Shown: positions 38,646 through 50,600 of the stretch, piece by piece
Position numbering within the stretch: position 1 is the stretch's first letter
How the letters are laid out: every line of letters starts with the position of its first letter
Source of the DNA: Eremomyces bilateralis CBS 781.70
Taxonomy: Eukaryota
NCBI GenBank assembly: GCA_010015585.1
Contig: ML975157.1
Length of the DNA stretch: 64,000 bases
Direction: 5' to 3' (one strand)
Translations under genes and position numbers: made by a program
Notes under the pieces: model-generated
The model's input: the letters and a program-made list of their open reading frames with translations, nothing else
What the model was told of the DNA's origin: nothing
Database searches by the model: none

Positions 38646-41600
38646 AAGATCCCATCAATGACAGGACAGGGAAGGATGACTTAGAGGGGGATTGCACCCT
38701 TATTAACGATTCCTATGACTCTCGACCATATTTCTTTCATGGGACGGCAGAGTGGTGGCAATGGGATAATGCCGTGCTATCGGAGGGGTTGGCGAACTTT
38801 GCGTCGAGATATGGGTGCCACTGAAACGCTCCTTTGCCTTAGGTAACGGCCGTTCACGGGTTAATTTGTCCGGCACCAGTCAGAGGAGATACAGGAAATT
38901 GGAGAGCCCAGACAGGGACAAAGATAGAGTCCTTCGGCGACGTCGTCGCGGAATACCACAGCTGATGTGGTGTGCGGAACATAATAATGATCCTAGATTA
39001 CCTGTCAGCTATTTCTTGTTCTGCGGGCTCATCAAATGGCCAAAAAGTAGTCTTGTCAGGGTGGCCTTACACATTGGAGGGCCATGGCTGATTTCTCATC
39101 ACAACTCAAAAGTTCAGGTCTCGCAATTCCCACCAATTGCTGACCGTGAGTGCTTAAGTTAGTGAACGCCTTTCAGTCATTACGGTCGATCTCATGTTCA
39201 CGGCACCGCCAGACTCAAAGCTTGAAGAAAAATCCCGAATGTACACCGTACAGGGTAGAGTTCTCCATGTTGGGCCAAATTACAGTCCAGCGTTGACGCG
39301 TCGTCCATCATCATGGCTCCTCACTCATGCGGTGGAGGAGTGGACAGGATGTCACGAACTGTATTCCGGTCCGCAACCAACTTTCATCGTCCCAACCTCG
39401 TCATTTCAGTATGATTCCACGATGATATTGAGAATCGATAAAAAATAAGACATAGTCGGTCGTGGCTCCTGATATTGAATATGGGTCAACAGAGTTGGGG
39501 ATTATAGAGCGAAGTTGTTGAATCGATGGCTGCGTTGATAGAAGTCGAAGAGGTGAGGATCGGGTTAAGAGCGTGGAGATGATTGGATCGTAGATGAGAA
39601 ACCGACATATGACGTGTATGAGGAGACGAGGAGATCAGGTGATAGATATATCCCATTCTGGAGATGTGGCTGATTCAAAACCATTTCCTGGTGGTAGTAT
39701 TTAAATCCTTCTTGCATGATACGATGTCAACCAGTCTGATTCTATCACGCATAAGATGCGGCATACCTCAAAGAACATGTATGGTCTTGTAAATGTTCCT
39801 TGTGAGCGTTATTAAGCCTTGCTGATAGCAACATGCGGACCATTCACTGAAACCATCGATGGTGTCGATTGAAGATCTTATCTCGATCAGAGGGAGCGGT
39901 GGAATTAATTGATAGCCATTTGTGAGGGAAGACCGAAGAATATATCAAGTTAAGAGGAAGAGCGATTGAATGTGGAATGGCTTGTTTTTGTACCAGTCTC
40001 TTAGGCGGGAAATTGGCATGCGTCCCCTGTTGCATCAGGGATTGTACCATGTTTAGTCTGTTCTGATACCAGTGCGTTCAGTGGGAACTCCACGCTCATT
40101 GCTTTGAGCTTCACCAAACATATACCCTTGTATACACCCACAACGTGTCTGCTGTGCCATGTGTTGACGCGGCTCTGCAAGAGGCTTGGCCTATCACCGT
40201 GCTTCCATCACGATGCATTTGGGATATTCGTATCCACGAGGACCGCATTTCCAGCAATTCGGTTCTCAAAGTCTGTAAGAGCGGAGATGGGGAATGCAGG
40301 CACAGTAACGGCCGTTTAATTGCACGACCACTTTTTCCTAGCACTCCCTCTGTGATGGGCTACAGGTACAACTCTTTACCCAATTATGTTGTAAACAACT
40401 GATTTCACTGGCTCGCCGCAGCCATAGTAGGAGCTATGACATCCGATTTAGGTGACTTAAGCGCAGTGAGTGACAGAAGCATCAGGGATGCATGATAATA
40501 TAACTTCAATGATATGGAAAACAAGGAAATTGTGGCTGTCAGTCACACAAGTGCGATCAAGTTCAATCCAAACAAGGACATCGGAGTATTTAGTAAGGAG
40601 ATTTAAGGAGGACGTTATTGTGACGACATCTTAACCAGTTTCAAAGAAATGACTGAAATAAACCATCAAGGCTTGTATTGCCATACTGCCGTTTCTGCTC
40701 GTTTTCGTTCCACTGGACATTATCATACTCAAGACAGTGGTGGATAATTTTGACCTCTGTCACGGCAAATACACTCATTGAAAAGTTAAGCAGCGGCCTG
40801 GATGTTCAAGTAATGAAAAGGACTGACATTTTTAACCACATTATTGTGCAAATTGATCCCAAAAGCAGCTGACGGTGCTTCCCAAGACACCGTTTCGAGA
40901 TGTCTTGGGGAACAGAAAGATGCAGGAGTAACGGCGAAACAGCCACTTTGCCCGGAGACCTTCGTCACTTCATTTTAATGGATGCTCCTTTGCCGTCATG
41001 AGAATTCCAAGGGCTCAGTTAAAACAATAGCGAGGACATAATGAGGTGCTGGAATGATTTTGGGATATCTGGGAGGCTAAAGACCTCCGCTTCCCCTTTT
41101 CAGTGGCCTCCCACCAAGCTGGCTATAAAGTATCAGCCACCCAGCCGGCATAACAACAGGGCACTGGCGAAAGAAGCATTGACTTAGGCGGGAACACGTC
41201 GTAAAATTGAGATATTTGAGGCAAACCTAATCCTAAAGAAAAAAACAAGAATGGAGGGGACATGTAAGATACTGGAAATTTACTTGGACCTAGGAGTCAG
41301 GCCATTTACTGAAGTCCGGGCCATTCCTGTGGTGATAGGCCGAAATGATTGACTATTCTGGGAGTATTATGAGAAACAACAAGATGCCAATGTCCGATGG
41401 AGATTCAACCACCCGATTCTTGAAGAAGATCTGCTTGGGGAGACAAGAATTGAACACCATCGGGGCAACATGAAGGCCTTACCAGTGTATCATTTAGAGG
41501 TACAGGAGCTGAACTTGCAAACGCATGTCCTAAACATGACGGTAGCGGAGTCTGATTCCCATACATAGATAGAGTACATACCAGGAATAGGTACTTGAAT

Positions 41601-42364
41601 ACCAGATCCACCGAGCCGTGGTGTACAACCCATCGATTCCTTACCAAGACCGCCATTTAGCAAGTCATGAATCCGGGATCCCCCAATATACCGCAACCTT
41701 TGAGTTTCCAGCTTGGAATATTCTGGCAGCACCCAATTAGAGGGTGAGGACAACTAAATCTGAGCAAGGGAGATCTCGGAACGTAGAGACTCGAGCCTCG
41801 TAGCACGAAGCAGTGAGTTGCCCTTGGTGGAACGAGAAGGTCTCGGGACATGGAATGTTACTCGTCCCCTCTTTTCTCCGGAGGTAAATGTGAAATGCGA
41901 CGGAATATAGCGATTTGGATAGGTACTACATGCAGGTGGTGGAGCCGTGTAACGAAAATAACGGCTGGTGGGGATCCGAAGTTAAGTATAGCCCCCAAGA
42001 CTGGGGAACCGGAGAGCAGAATACTGAAGCTTGAATACGGAAGAATTAGAGAACCTAGCTCATAGAACCTTTGCCTACTGAATGCCCCAAAAATCAGAAA
42101 CTGGGGGGCCCAGCCCCACGGCCGGAATGCCCCAATCTGCCCCCTGTGTATCAACCAGGAGTCTCATATCCCAAATCGGGCCCCAATTTTACTATCCGTC
42201 CAAGATCCGCCGCTCAGCCAATTCAGCAATCCATCTCAGACTGCAGATGGTTTCTCGCAATTTTCTCGAGGCCAATAGAGCGAATCTCATGGACCCTGTC
42301 TCAAATAGCGAAGTCCGAAAGGCCGATGTTAAGAGACTCGAATATAGACAATTCAAAGCCGACG

Positions 42365-42372
42365 TATATAAA
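42365..42372 (+). promoter_or_regulatory. putative TATA box of the reductase gene
   Basis: TATATAAA about 125 nt upstream of ATG 42496, followed by a pyrimidine-rich tract. Confidence 0.45.
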
Positions 42373-42495
42373 TGGGATCCATAGGGATAAGTCTTCATAG
42401 AGTCATATTACTTCATTTCTTTCTCCACAAACCTTAAACTGCTAATTTCTCAGACCTCCATTTAAACCTCCATATCACCATCTAGCCTCGACACA

Positions 42496-43430
42496 ATGGC
42501 TGTTGGCGTTGAGACAACCCGTGATTCCGAATGCATCCCAAGCTGGAGCTTGGAGGGGAAGGTCGCCCTTGTCACTGGCTCTGGTAAGATACTGGATCAA
42601 GTAAAGCATTAGTATTTCTAACCATAGTTAACAGGCCGTGGTATTGGGCGTGAGATGGCCATAGAGCTCGCGCGTCGTGGAGCAAAGGTTGTCGTCAACT
42701 ATGCTAACAGCGCCGAATCGGCTGAAAAGGTTGTTAATGAGATCAGAGACCTGGGGTCCGATGCCTTGGCCGTCAGGGCTAACGTCGCCAACGTATCTGA
42801 GACCATCGCCATGATGGACCAAGCCGTCGCCCACTTCGGCAAGCTCAACATTGTCTGCTCCAACTCTGGGGTTGTCTCCTTCGGCCACCTGAAGGATGTC
42901 ACCGAGGAGGAGTATGATCGTGTCATGGCCACCAATACCCGTGGCCAATTCTTCGTCGCTCGTGAAGCCTACAAGCACCTTGAGGTCGGCGGCCGCATTA
43001 TCATGATGGGATCTATCACCGGCCAGGCCAAGGGGGTTCCTAGGCATGCGCTTTACTCCGGCTCTAAGGGCACCATCGAGACTTTTGTTCGCTGCATGGC
43101 CATCGGTAGGTCCCCGCACACTCGCCTCCCGGGTATGGCTGTTCAATTATTAACAGACCTTTAGACTGTGGTGACAAGAAAATCACTGTCAACTGCGTTG
43201 CCCCAGGGGGCATCAAGTCTGACATGTACCACGCTGTCTGCCGCGAGTATATTCCCGGAGGCGACAAGCTCAACAACGACGAAGTTGACGAGTATGCTGC
43301 TACCTGGTCCCCAGTAAACCGTGTTGGCCAGCCCTACGACGTTGCTCGAGTCGTCGCGTTTTTGGCGTCTGAGGACGGTGCCTGGATCAACGGCAAGGTC
43401 CTCGGCATTGACGGTGGTGCCTGCATGTGA
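42496..43430 (+). CDS. THR1: 1,3,8-trihydroxynaphthalene reductase (SDR; BRN1/BUF1/THR1 type)
   Basis: [33 protein letters not shown] (YxxxK), [12 protein letters not shown] and a terminal GIDGGACM. Introns ~42584-42634 and ~43106-43164. Confidence 0.95.
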
Positions 43431-44389
43431 GGGCTATGCTGGAGAGATATTGTCCACTGCAAGAACCTGCACTGGCGTTCGGTGTTTACTCCAGTATTTG
43501 AGTGTCGGTCATCTCGTGGGCCTAGGCGTGGTTAGAGAAATCTACCTAGGTGAATAAAAAAATACTGAATGTGTGGCGCCTCCATCACATCTAATGATTA
43601 TGTTTTAATTCTGTGATGCTCGTAAGAAGAATCAGATAGAGTGACGGATACTGACTCGGCGTTGAATTAATCTTAGAAGCGCTTGAGATTGTGACGCATA
43701 AAATTTTACAATCTATGAGGGGAAGAACCGCGACCTTTGCGAAGATCGATAGCAACCAAGCAACAAGTAAAATGCAACCGAGAGACAAGTTGACACGACG
43801 AACTCGACGGTGAGTCGTAGTAGCATTCCACTAGGGCTTCACAGCTGCTGCTGCCTGCCAAGTAACCCTCTGCCCTGCGGTGCGAGGGTGGCTTTAGATG
43901 GTACTACATCGGAGGGCCTGGCTGGCTGTAATCGGACTTCTCGTCCTTAATGGAACGCCTTTCGAATGAATCTGTCCCAATTGGAAGGAAAGCAAAGCTG
44001 GTGTTGATTACCGTAGCACAATTAGATCTCAAGACTGCAGGATGGGCGGACATGAGCCTAGACCGTTCTTCAAAAGACATGCCTGGACAGGTTCAGGGAA
44101 TTTTTGGAGACTTGTCTATGGCAGTACAACTCCAGACTCAAAAGAAGTAAGTAACTTTGGAATGACTTTAAGCATTGTTTAGCTAGTGGAATCCACATCT
44201 GCAACGACCCCCAACTCCAGGGCTCACAAAAACCAATACTCAATAAATGGCACCAAGGTGACTAGTCCAGGACTCAGTTCGATGCTCTTTTAAATCGCTA
44301 GGCTTATTACTGGGACCCGTAGGCGTGGTAGGAAGAAAGGCGACTGACAAAAGCATTAAAGACGCTCAAAAACAGGGTATGGGAGGTGT

Positions 44390-46721
44390 TCACGCCGTAT
44401 CAATGGGGCCGCCAGGGTTGGTATCTATGTAAGCCTGCCACTTCGCGCAAGTCTGGGAAATCATTTCCGGAATCGGCTTCAGATCTCCAGGTTTGACCAT
44501 GACATTCATGGACAGACCTCCTGAGAGATGCCAAGCGATGTGGCAGTGGAATGGCCAAACACCCGGGTTATCAGTAGTGACTTGATAGACGGCATATCCG
44601 TTCGCCTCAATAATGTGAACGTCGCGGCGCTGGGGGTTATGTGCGTTCACAATGCTACCGTTCCACTTGCCCTTGCCGCTGTCAAGAACAAAGAAGTCGT
44701 AGCCATGAAGGTGCCATGGATGGACCGCAGGAGCATTGTTCTCAATGATGAAGCGGACGGAAGTGTTGGTGCCATAGTTGTAGACATTCAACTGAGGATC
44801 GTCAGGGTAAGAAGTGATGCCTTGGGAAGCGAGGTCGAGGATTGGTTTGTTGAAATTCGTGCGAAAAGTCTGATTGTTGATGCGCCATTCAAATTGACCC
44901 ATCTGGTTTACGGCCAGGGACAGGACTAGCTCCTGGGTGAAGCTAGGTTCTCCAGGCACGATGGGGAACATTGGAACAGACGACATCAGGGGGTCGTTAT
45001 TGCAGGTCGTGGTGTCAATACGAGAGGCTGTGCTGGCAGGCACCTGCTCGGTATCTGCACGGTTGTAGTACACGACCGCGAGCGCCTCCGGATTTCGGGA
45101 TTCCCCGCAAGGTTTGCCCCCAACAAGAGTGGCGCGGACCCAATACAAGTCTCGATTGCCCTCGGTAGCCTTAACAATGACATCGGTACGTTGGCCAACC
45201 TGAAGAAAGATGAATGACAGTTCCAATTGGAATTAGGGGCATGAAACTTACGCCAAGTGTGACAACATCAGTATCGTATGGCTTGATCGGAACAAAGTCT
45301 TCGGCAATCACGGTCATTGTGTGTTGATCGATGGAAAATCGCTGCACGCCATCCGATCCGACATTCAGGAGGCGAAGCCGGTATGATTGGCCCTTGTCGA
45401 AGTGGAATTTTGAGAGCCCGGCATTTGGGGTACATTTTTGGGTTGAATTCAAAGGAATATTGTTGCAGTCGAAGTTGTTCCTGCCATTGATAAGATTATT
45501 GTCACTCTTCGGTGGAATTCTAGATAACTGACACGCTTGTTAGCCAACGTTTCAATTTAAAGGGTGGTTTAGTAGATTACATCCGTTCCGACCATATCTG
45601 AGACGATCTTGCTGTGGTGCTGTCAGACTCGTGCTGCGGAATCTGTGCGTATAACGCACTTAACTCACAAATAAGGTGCATGGTACCAATCGGAGAGCAT
45701 GATAGGGCCGACATCCTCGTCATATTTGTGTTGCGTTGGACCATAGATGATGATAGGACCGACCACACCAGCATTGTACTGAGCAGAAAAGTGAGCATGC
45801 CACCATGTAGTTCCGTATTCCTCGGCTTGGAAGCGATATGTGAGTGAAGCGCCAGGCGCAATCGGACATTGCTGAAAAGGAAGCGTGGTCAGGATCGCGG
45901 GCTACTCTTGCGGAAAAGGTGGAGGACGTACAGAAGTTCCGGAAACCCCATCAAACCACGGCGTTTCTGTCTGGAGGAATCCATGCCTGACGGAAAATTT
46001 AGTCCAATTACACAGCAAGGCTGGGTACGATCTCTTACCAGTGGATGGACGTGCCTTCCTTTGGTGACTCAATCTGGTTATGCACGGTAACTTCAATCCA
46101 ATCACCCCAGTTTGCCTCTATTTGGGGCCCAGGGAACTGTTCATTGACTAAAATCGCATCCCTCTCGACACCATCCGGAGCAATAACCGCACGGGCAACC
46201 TTAGGTTGTTAATAGTGTTTTCAGCCGCTTAACTCCGGACTGGCATACAGTGAAATCATATTTCCTGGTGATTCCTGTATTGGGTACGTCGGGCAGATGG
46301 GCGGGGTTGCTGTTTTCGCAGGTCCTGCATGGAAGGGTTATCAAATGCTCGCCATCGGAGGAGAGCCGCATCAACTGCGTACCGGGGGCCCCACGGAGAC
46401 CCATCGGGGATGGGCTAGTGGCCCTATTAGCGTCTGTATCTGAATCGAAATATAGGAGATCCTCCGGAGGCACCAACGACAAATGTCGCATAGACTCCGC
46501 CCGGTAGATCCAGATTGAGTGAACATACATTGTTAGTAAGTGCCGACGGGAATCGTGGTGCATCTAGGTTGCCCCAGAAGGATTTCCCTGCCCATGAAAC
46601 CTTAATGCTCCACTCCTAAGGATGGAATGCATATTGAAGTCGCACCATTTTGTTGGGCAGAAGACACTGTAGCGATCAACCTGCCGCCTGTCTTGATAGT
46701 CTTCCAAACCGATGGGGCCAT
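44390..46721 (-). CDS. laccase / multicopper oxidase (10 exons)
   Basis: Spliced model MAPSVWKT...[14 protein letters not shown]...[18 protein letters not shown]...[15 protein letters not shown]...[12 protein letters not shown]...SIHW|HG...|QCPIAPG...WWHAH...HPWHLHG...[15 protein letters not shown]. All four copper-binding motifs are present. Confidence 0.9.
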
Positions 46722-47859
46722 AGCGAAGATGAAGCTCGGCGAATGGACTCAGTACCAACTCGATAAGGTGAATATAACACGCCTAATAACGGAGAAAATA
46801 AGACGGGAAGAATCATCTGGAGCAGTAAGATTCCAGCTAATGGAGAGAGCCACTGCCTTATAGCAGGCTCTTTTGAGCGCATAATGGCCTCAGCTACAAA
46901 AAATACAGTCTCCCAGGACAAGAAAGGCAAAGATAGACGTCAATAAGCCGATTGAATGCTTCATCTGCAAAAAGACGAGCTAAGGTGCCAAACAGTGCCG
47001 CATAACTACCCTGAAAACGAACAGATTCTCGGCAAAGGGGACCAAAAGGCCTCCACAACTAACTGAATGAATTATCATCCAAAACCAACATTGACCAAGC
47101 TGAAGGAGGGCGGCATCTTGCCTTGCAGGTCTGACCTAGTCTAGATCATATCATGCATCTCATGAGCCAGCGAGCCTTCTTCTGACGAATCTGGTACGAT
47201 ACATGGACTGCACCTGGGGCTCTCAATGCGGCGGACAAGTATAGCACCATGTATGCGTTGTTCACTTATATAAAATACCGAAGGCGGAACACGCTGGCGA
47301 ACGGCGACCACACTTTTACCCAGCAAGGCCCGGTGGAATCCAGAGAACAGGCCGGGAATGTGGTGGAGGCTGAGTTCGGCCAAGGTTCCGAGAGGGATCC
47401 CGAATGGTGTTGGTGATCCGCTTGATTTAGCGCTTAGGCCTCCATAGGCCGCTCCGGAAATATCAATATGGCTAGAGCGTATAGTACAATTGCGGGGGTG
47501 AGCAAAAATATCATTGGACTGAATGCTATTCCAAGTTCCTATGAGAGGGAGTGGATGTGGAGAGACATAGAAGTGATGGAGATAGGAGAGAGCAGGAGAA
47601 AGTCGTAAGGATTTAAGGCTGAAATAATTCGGAGGGTCGGTTCACGTGACTCGGGAGCATCATCCCTGTCAAAGTCTCATCGTCATCGTTTTCGATTGCT
47701 TGCAAAGCTGAAAATTCGAGCTTGCGAACACCCCAGTGGTTCTATAGGGAGAAGATAATCCAAATCAAACTCAATCCCGTTCATCCTTCATGATGTTGCA
47801 ACGAAAGCCTTTAGTCCATGTTCATGCTGAATTCTCATTATGTGAATAATATAATATTA

Positions 47860-48462
47860 GGGAAATGCTTCATGTACATCCCTATTCCCTTCCGCATACA
47901 TCCCATTTCGCCTCCGCATACATCCCAATCACGTGTCGTAGGAATATTGCGCTCTGATTGGTCCTTTTCGATGCAGTCATTAACACGTGACTTATCTGAA
48001 TATAGTCCCTGCAGCGTGAACAGGCCCCCGCCTGTTTCAGGCACCCCCACCGCCTGTCTTAGGCACCCCAACCGCCCGTCTCAGGCGCTCCCTACCACCG
48101 ATACTAGGCGCCCCCCAGCACCCGTTTTGAGCACCTCCAACCACCGGTTTCTGGGCACGGGTATCAGAAAGGGTGGTAGAGGTGCCTAGAGCTGCCTAAA
48201 ATGAGTGGAGTGGTATGGGTGATAGGGATGCCTAAAATGGGTGGTAGAGAGTGCCTAAAATGGGTGGTAGAGGGTGCCTAAGACGGGCGGGGGCTTGCCC
48301 GCTCTACAGGAACTTTATTCAAATATGTCACGTGCTAATGACTGCATCCCAAAGGACCAATCAGAGCGCAAGATTCCTACTACACGTGATTGGGATGTAT
48401 GCAGAGGCGAAATGGGATGTATGCGGAAGGGAATAGTGATGTATGTACATGAAGCATTTCCT
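47860..48462. mobile_element. non-autonomous Mutator/foldback-like element (~600 bp)
   Basis: Imperfect terminal inverted repeats of ~190 bp (GGGAAATGCTTCATGTACAT... / ...ATGTACATGAAGCATTTCC). Internal ~21-23-bp subrepeats lie in opposite orientation. Flanking 9-bp direct repeat ATAATATTA at 47851-59 and 48463-71. Confidence 0.85.
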
Positions 48463-48613
48463 ATAATATTAACGGGGAATTCCAATCGATCTGGAGAGCC
48501 ACGTGCCGGGAGTCATTTATGAAGTTTCTGGTGGTTTGATTGGCTCGGACTTGGGTTGGGAAATACACTTGGCCGCTTGGCAGTTCCCGGCCAATACGAC
48601 TGTTCGACCCATG

Positions 48614-48888
48614 CCCAGCGGTGAGAAAAATTAGCAGCACACCAGAATTTAACAGGAGTCGATTCTGTGCAATGTTGAACTCCACAGCCCCGCGTATACG
48701 GGCTTTTTTAGGTGTATCATAATGCTTTTTAGGGTGTTCTGGCTGTGTAGCATATTTTCGAGCTTGATTTCGCGTTAAATCCATTTTCAGATGACTTATT
48801 GTAAAGTGACATTGACTTGTATACAATTTGGTGTGAGTGCGGGTGTACTTCGGGAATTGGCGTGCTGCTAATTGTGCTCACCGCTGGG
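48614..48888 (-). mobile_element. internally deleted DNA transposon (275 bp) with 27-bp TIRs
   Basis: TIRs CCCAGCGGTGAG(A/C)A(A/C)AATTAGCAGCAC at 48614-40 and 48862-88 (25/27 identical). CCATG flanks both sides. An internal minus-strand fragment MDLTRNQARK...HYDTPKKARIRGAVEF resembles the N-terminus of fungal Tc1-like transposases. Confidence 0.75.
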
Positions 48889-50600
48889 CCATGGCCCGCC
48901 CAGCACCCATCGTGCCATCCCGCCGGAAACCTTGGTGTAAATCTTGGCGGAAACCTCACTGCTATTCAATGGCTTCATCTCCTCTCCGCCAAGTCTCCTC
49001 TCTGAGGAACCTGCGAATCTCACTAAAATATGAATTGCAAGTTTGCAACAGCTTCTCTTGAAATCCCTCCATATCTACTCTACCAGGAACCAGATTTGGA
49101 CCCCTTACACTATTCCGTCTAGGCCTTCCAACCATGAACTAGATGCTTGGATCCGATTCTCCCCAAAACCGAAAATAATCCGCATTTCTAGGTACAGCTT
49201 ACGCGCTATGGGCCGCCTTGCTGGGCCAGCCGCCAGCGACCCAACTTTTGTTGACGTCCGCCATGAGCCGCCCCGTGGCGAGGTTTCCTCGTTCAAGATA
49301 TCGATGGGCGGGTAATCGTGCCTTATTCCCATCAGTTATACGAGCATCGCCGACGACAGTTGCAAGCTGGAATCGGTAATGAAATGTTTTCTCTCTTCGA
49401 AGAAACCAGGCTCGGATTTGCGTTGTCCCGGTACTCGGACTCCCCATCTTCGATCCACCGTCGTCCGGTCAGTACGCATTCTGTACTTCTCGAACGTTTG
49501 TTTGAAACGTTCGTTGGGGCGGTTCATTCCTCGATCTAATCATTAAGTATTGTGTAACCTCCGTATCCGAGAGGGCACCTATGGGTAGGAGCGCGGACCT
49601 TCAGTCTTCGGCTCTTCGCCTGTGTACCACCACAGTAACCAACCAAGTTGGTCGATTTCAACTAACTTCGACGCTTAACTATTTCCTACGCCGTAATACA
49701 GAATCGGAAAGCCCGATTAAATGATGCAAATCGGGAAAGAGTGCGGCAGTGTGTTCTACGGTTCGTCGTTCCTTAGTTACCTGCTTCATGACCTGAAGCT
49801 GACCTAATCCCAGCTCTCTCCATATCCACGGACAATCGAGGGGACCCGACAAGTCTAGCCGGAACTTTGAGACTGATGCACTATCATCCGTAGAGGACGC
49901 TCACTCATCGGTTGAACTCTTGATCTTCCAGTACGGGGATTTGGACACGTCGCTCAAATGGGTGCGGCATCTTTACTGTATGGCGTCTCAAAATAGTCAA
50001 CCTGCTTGCCGTATCGACCTTTAGGACCAGTTCTGATCGGAAGCATGGCTGAGCGCATTGTCAGGAATACTATCGCGAATCCACTTTGCTCACAGTAACG
50101 TCAGTATGCGGTTACGGTGCGCGTTCGGAATGAGCAAAACAAGGTCCCCCGTCGTAGTGCTCTGCAGAGTCTCGACCCGGATGCACTGGGAAATGCCATT
50201 GTTACCATCCCACTGCTATTGTACCTTTCCTGGTGATCTAACTATTATTCGAGCACATCTACAAATATCTCGGCTTCATCCGCCGTCGCCAATGCTTTCT
50301 CTTTATCACTTCTCCTCTACTGCTCCATCAATGCTCTGGTTCATCATTCTGTTCTGTATAGACATACCACCTCCCTCGTTATCTTAGACTCGTATTTTCT
50401 TTCCTCTCAAAACCTTCCGACAAGAGCCGCATATATATTGGATATTCCTTCCATACCTCATACTGACCGGGATACCACACTCGAGGTAGGCTCCTGAGAA
50501 TCGAGTCCATACTCATGAATTAAAGTCAAGCTGTCTTGTTCCTCGTCTTGCCCTCTCTTCCTTTCCTTTTCCTACCGTTACGAGCACGGTAGTCGTCACG

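Noticed and set aside
46590..46650. Apparent in-frame TAG after an ATG at the laccase 5' end ([10 protein letters not shown])
   Set aside because: It falls inside a GTGCGA...GGGCAG intron. The spliced model from ATG 46721 is open and gives a family-like QQNGKS segment.
48020..48290. Short spaced repeats resembling a CRISPR array
   Set aside because: The context is eukaryotic, there are no unique spacers or cas genes, and the units are subterminal repeats of the MITE.
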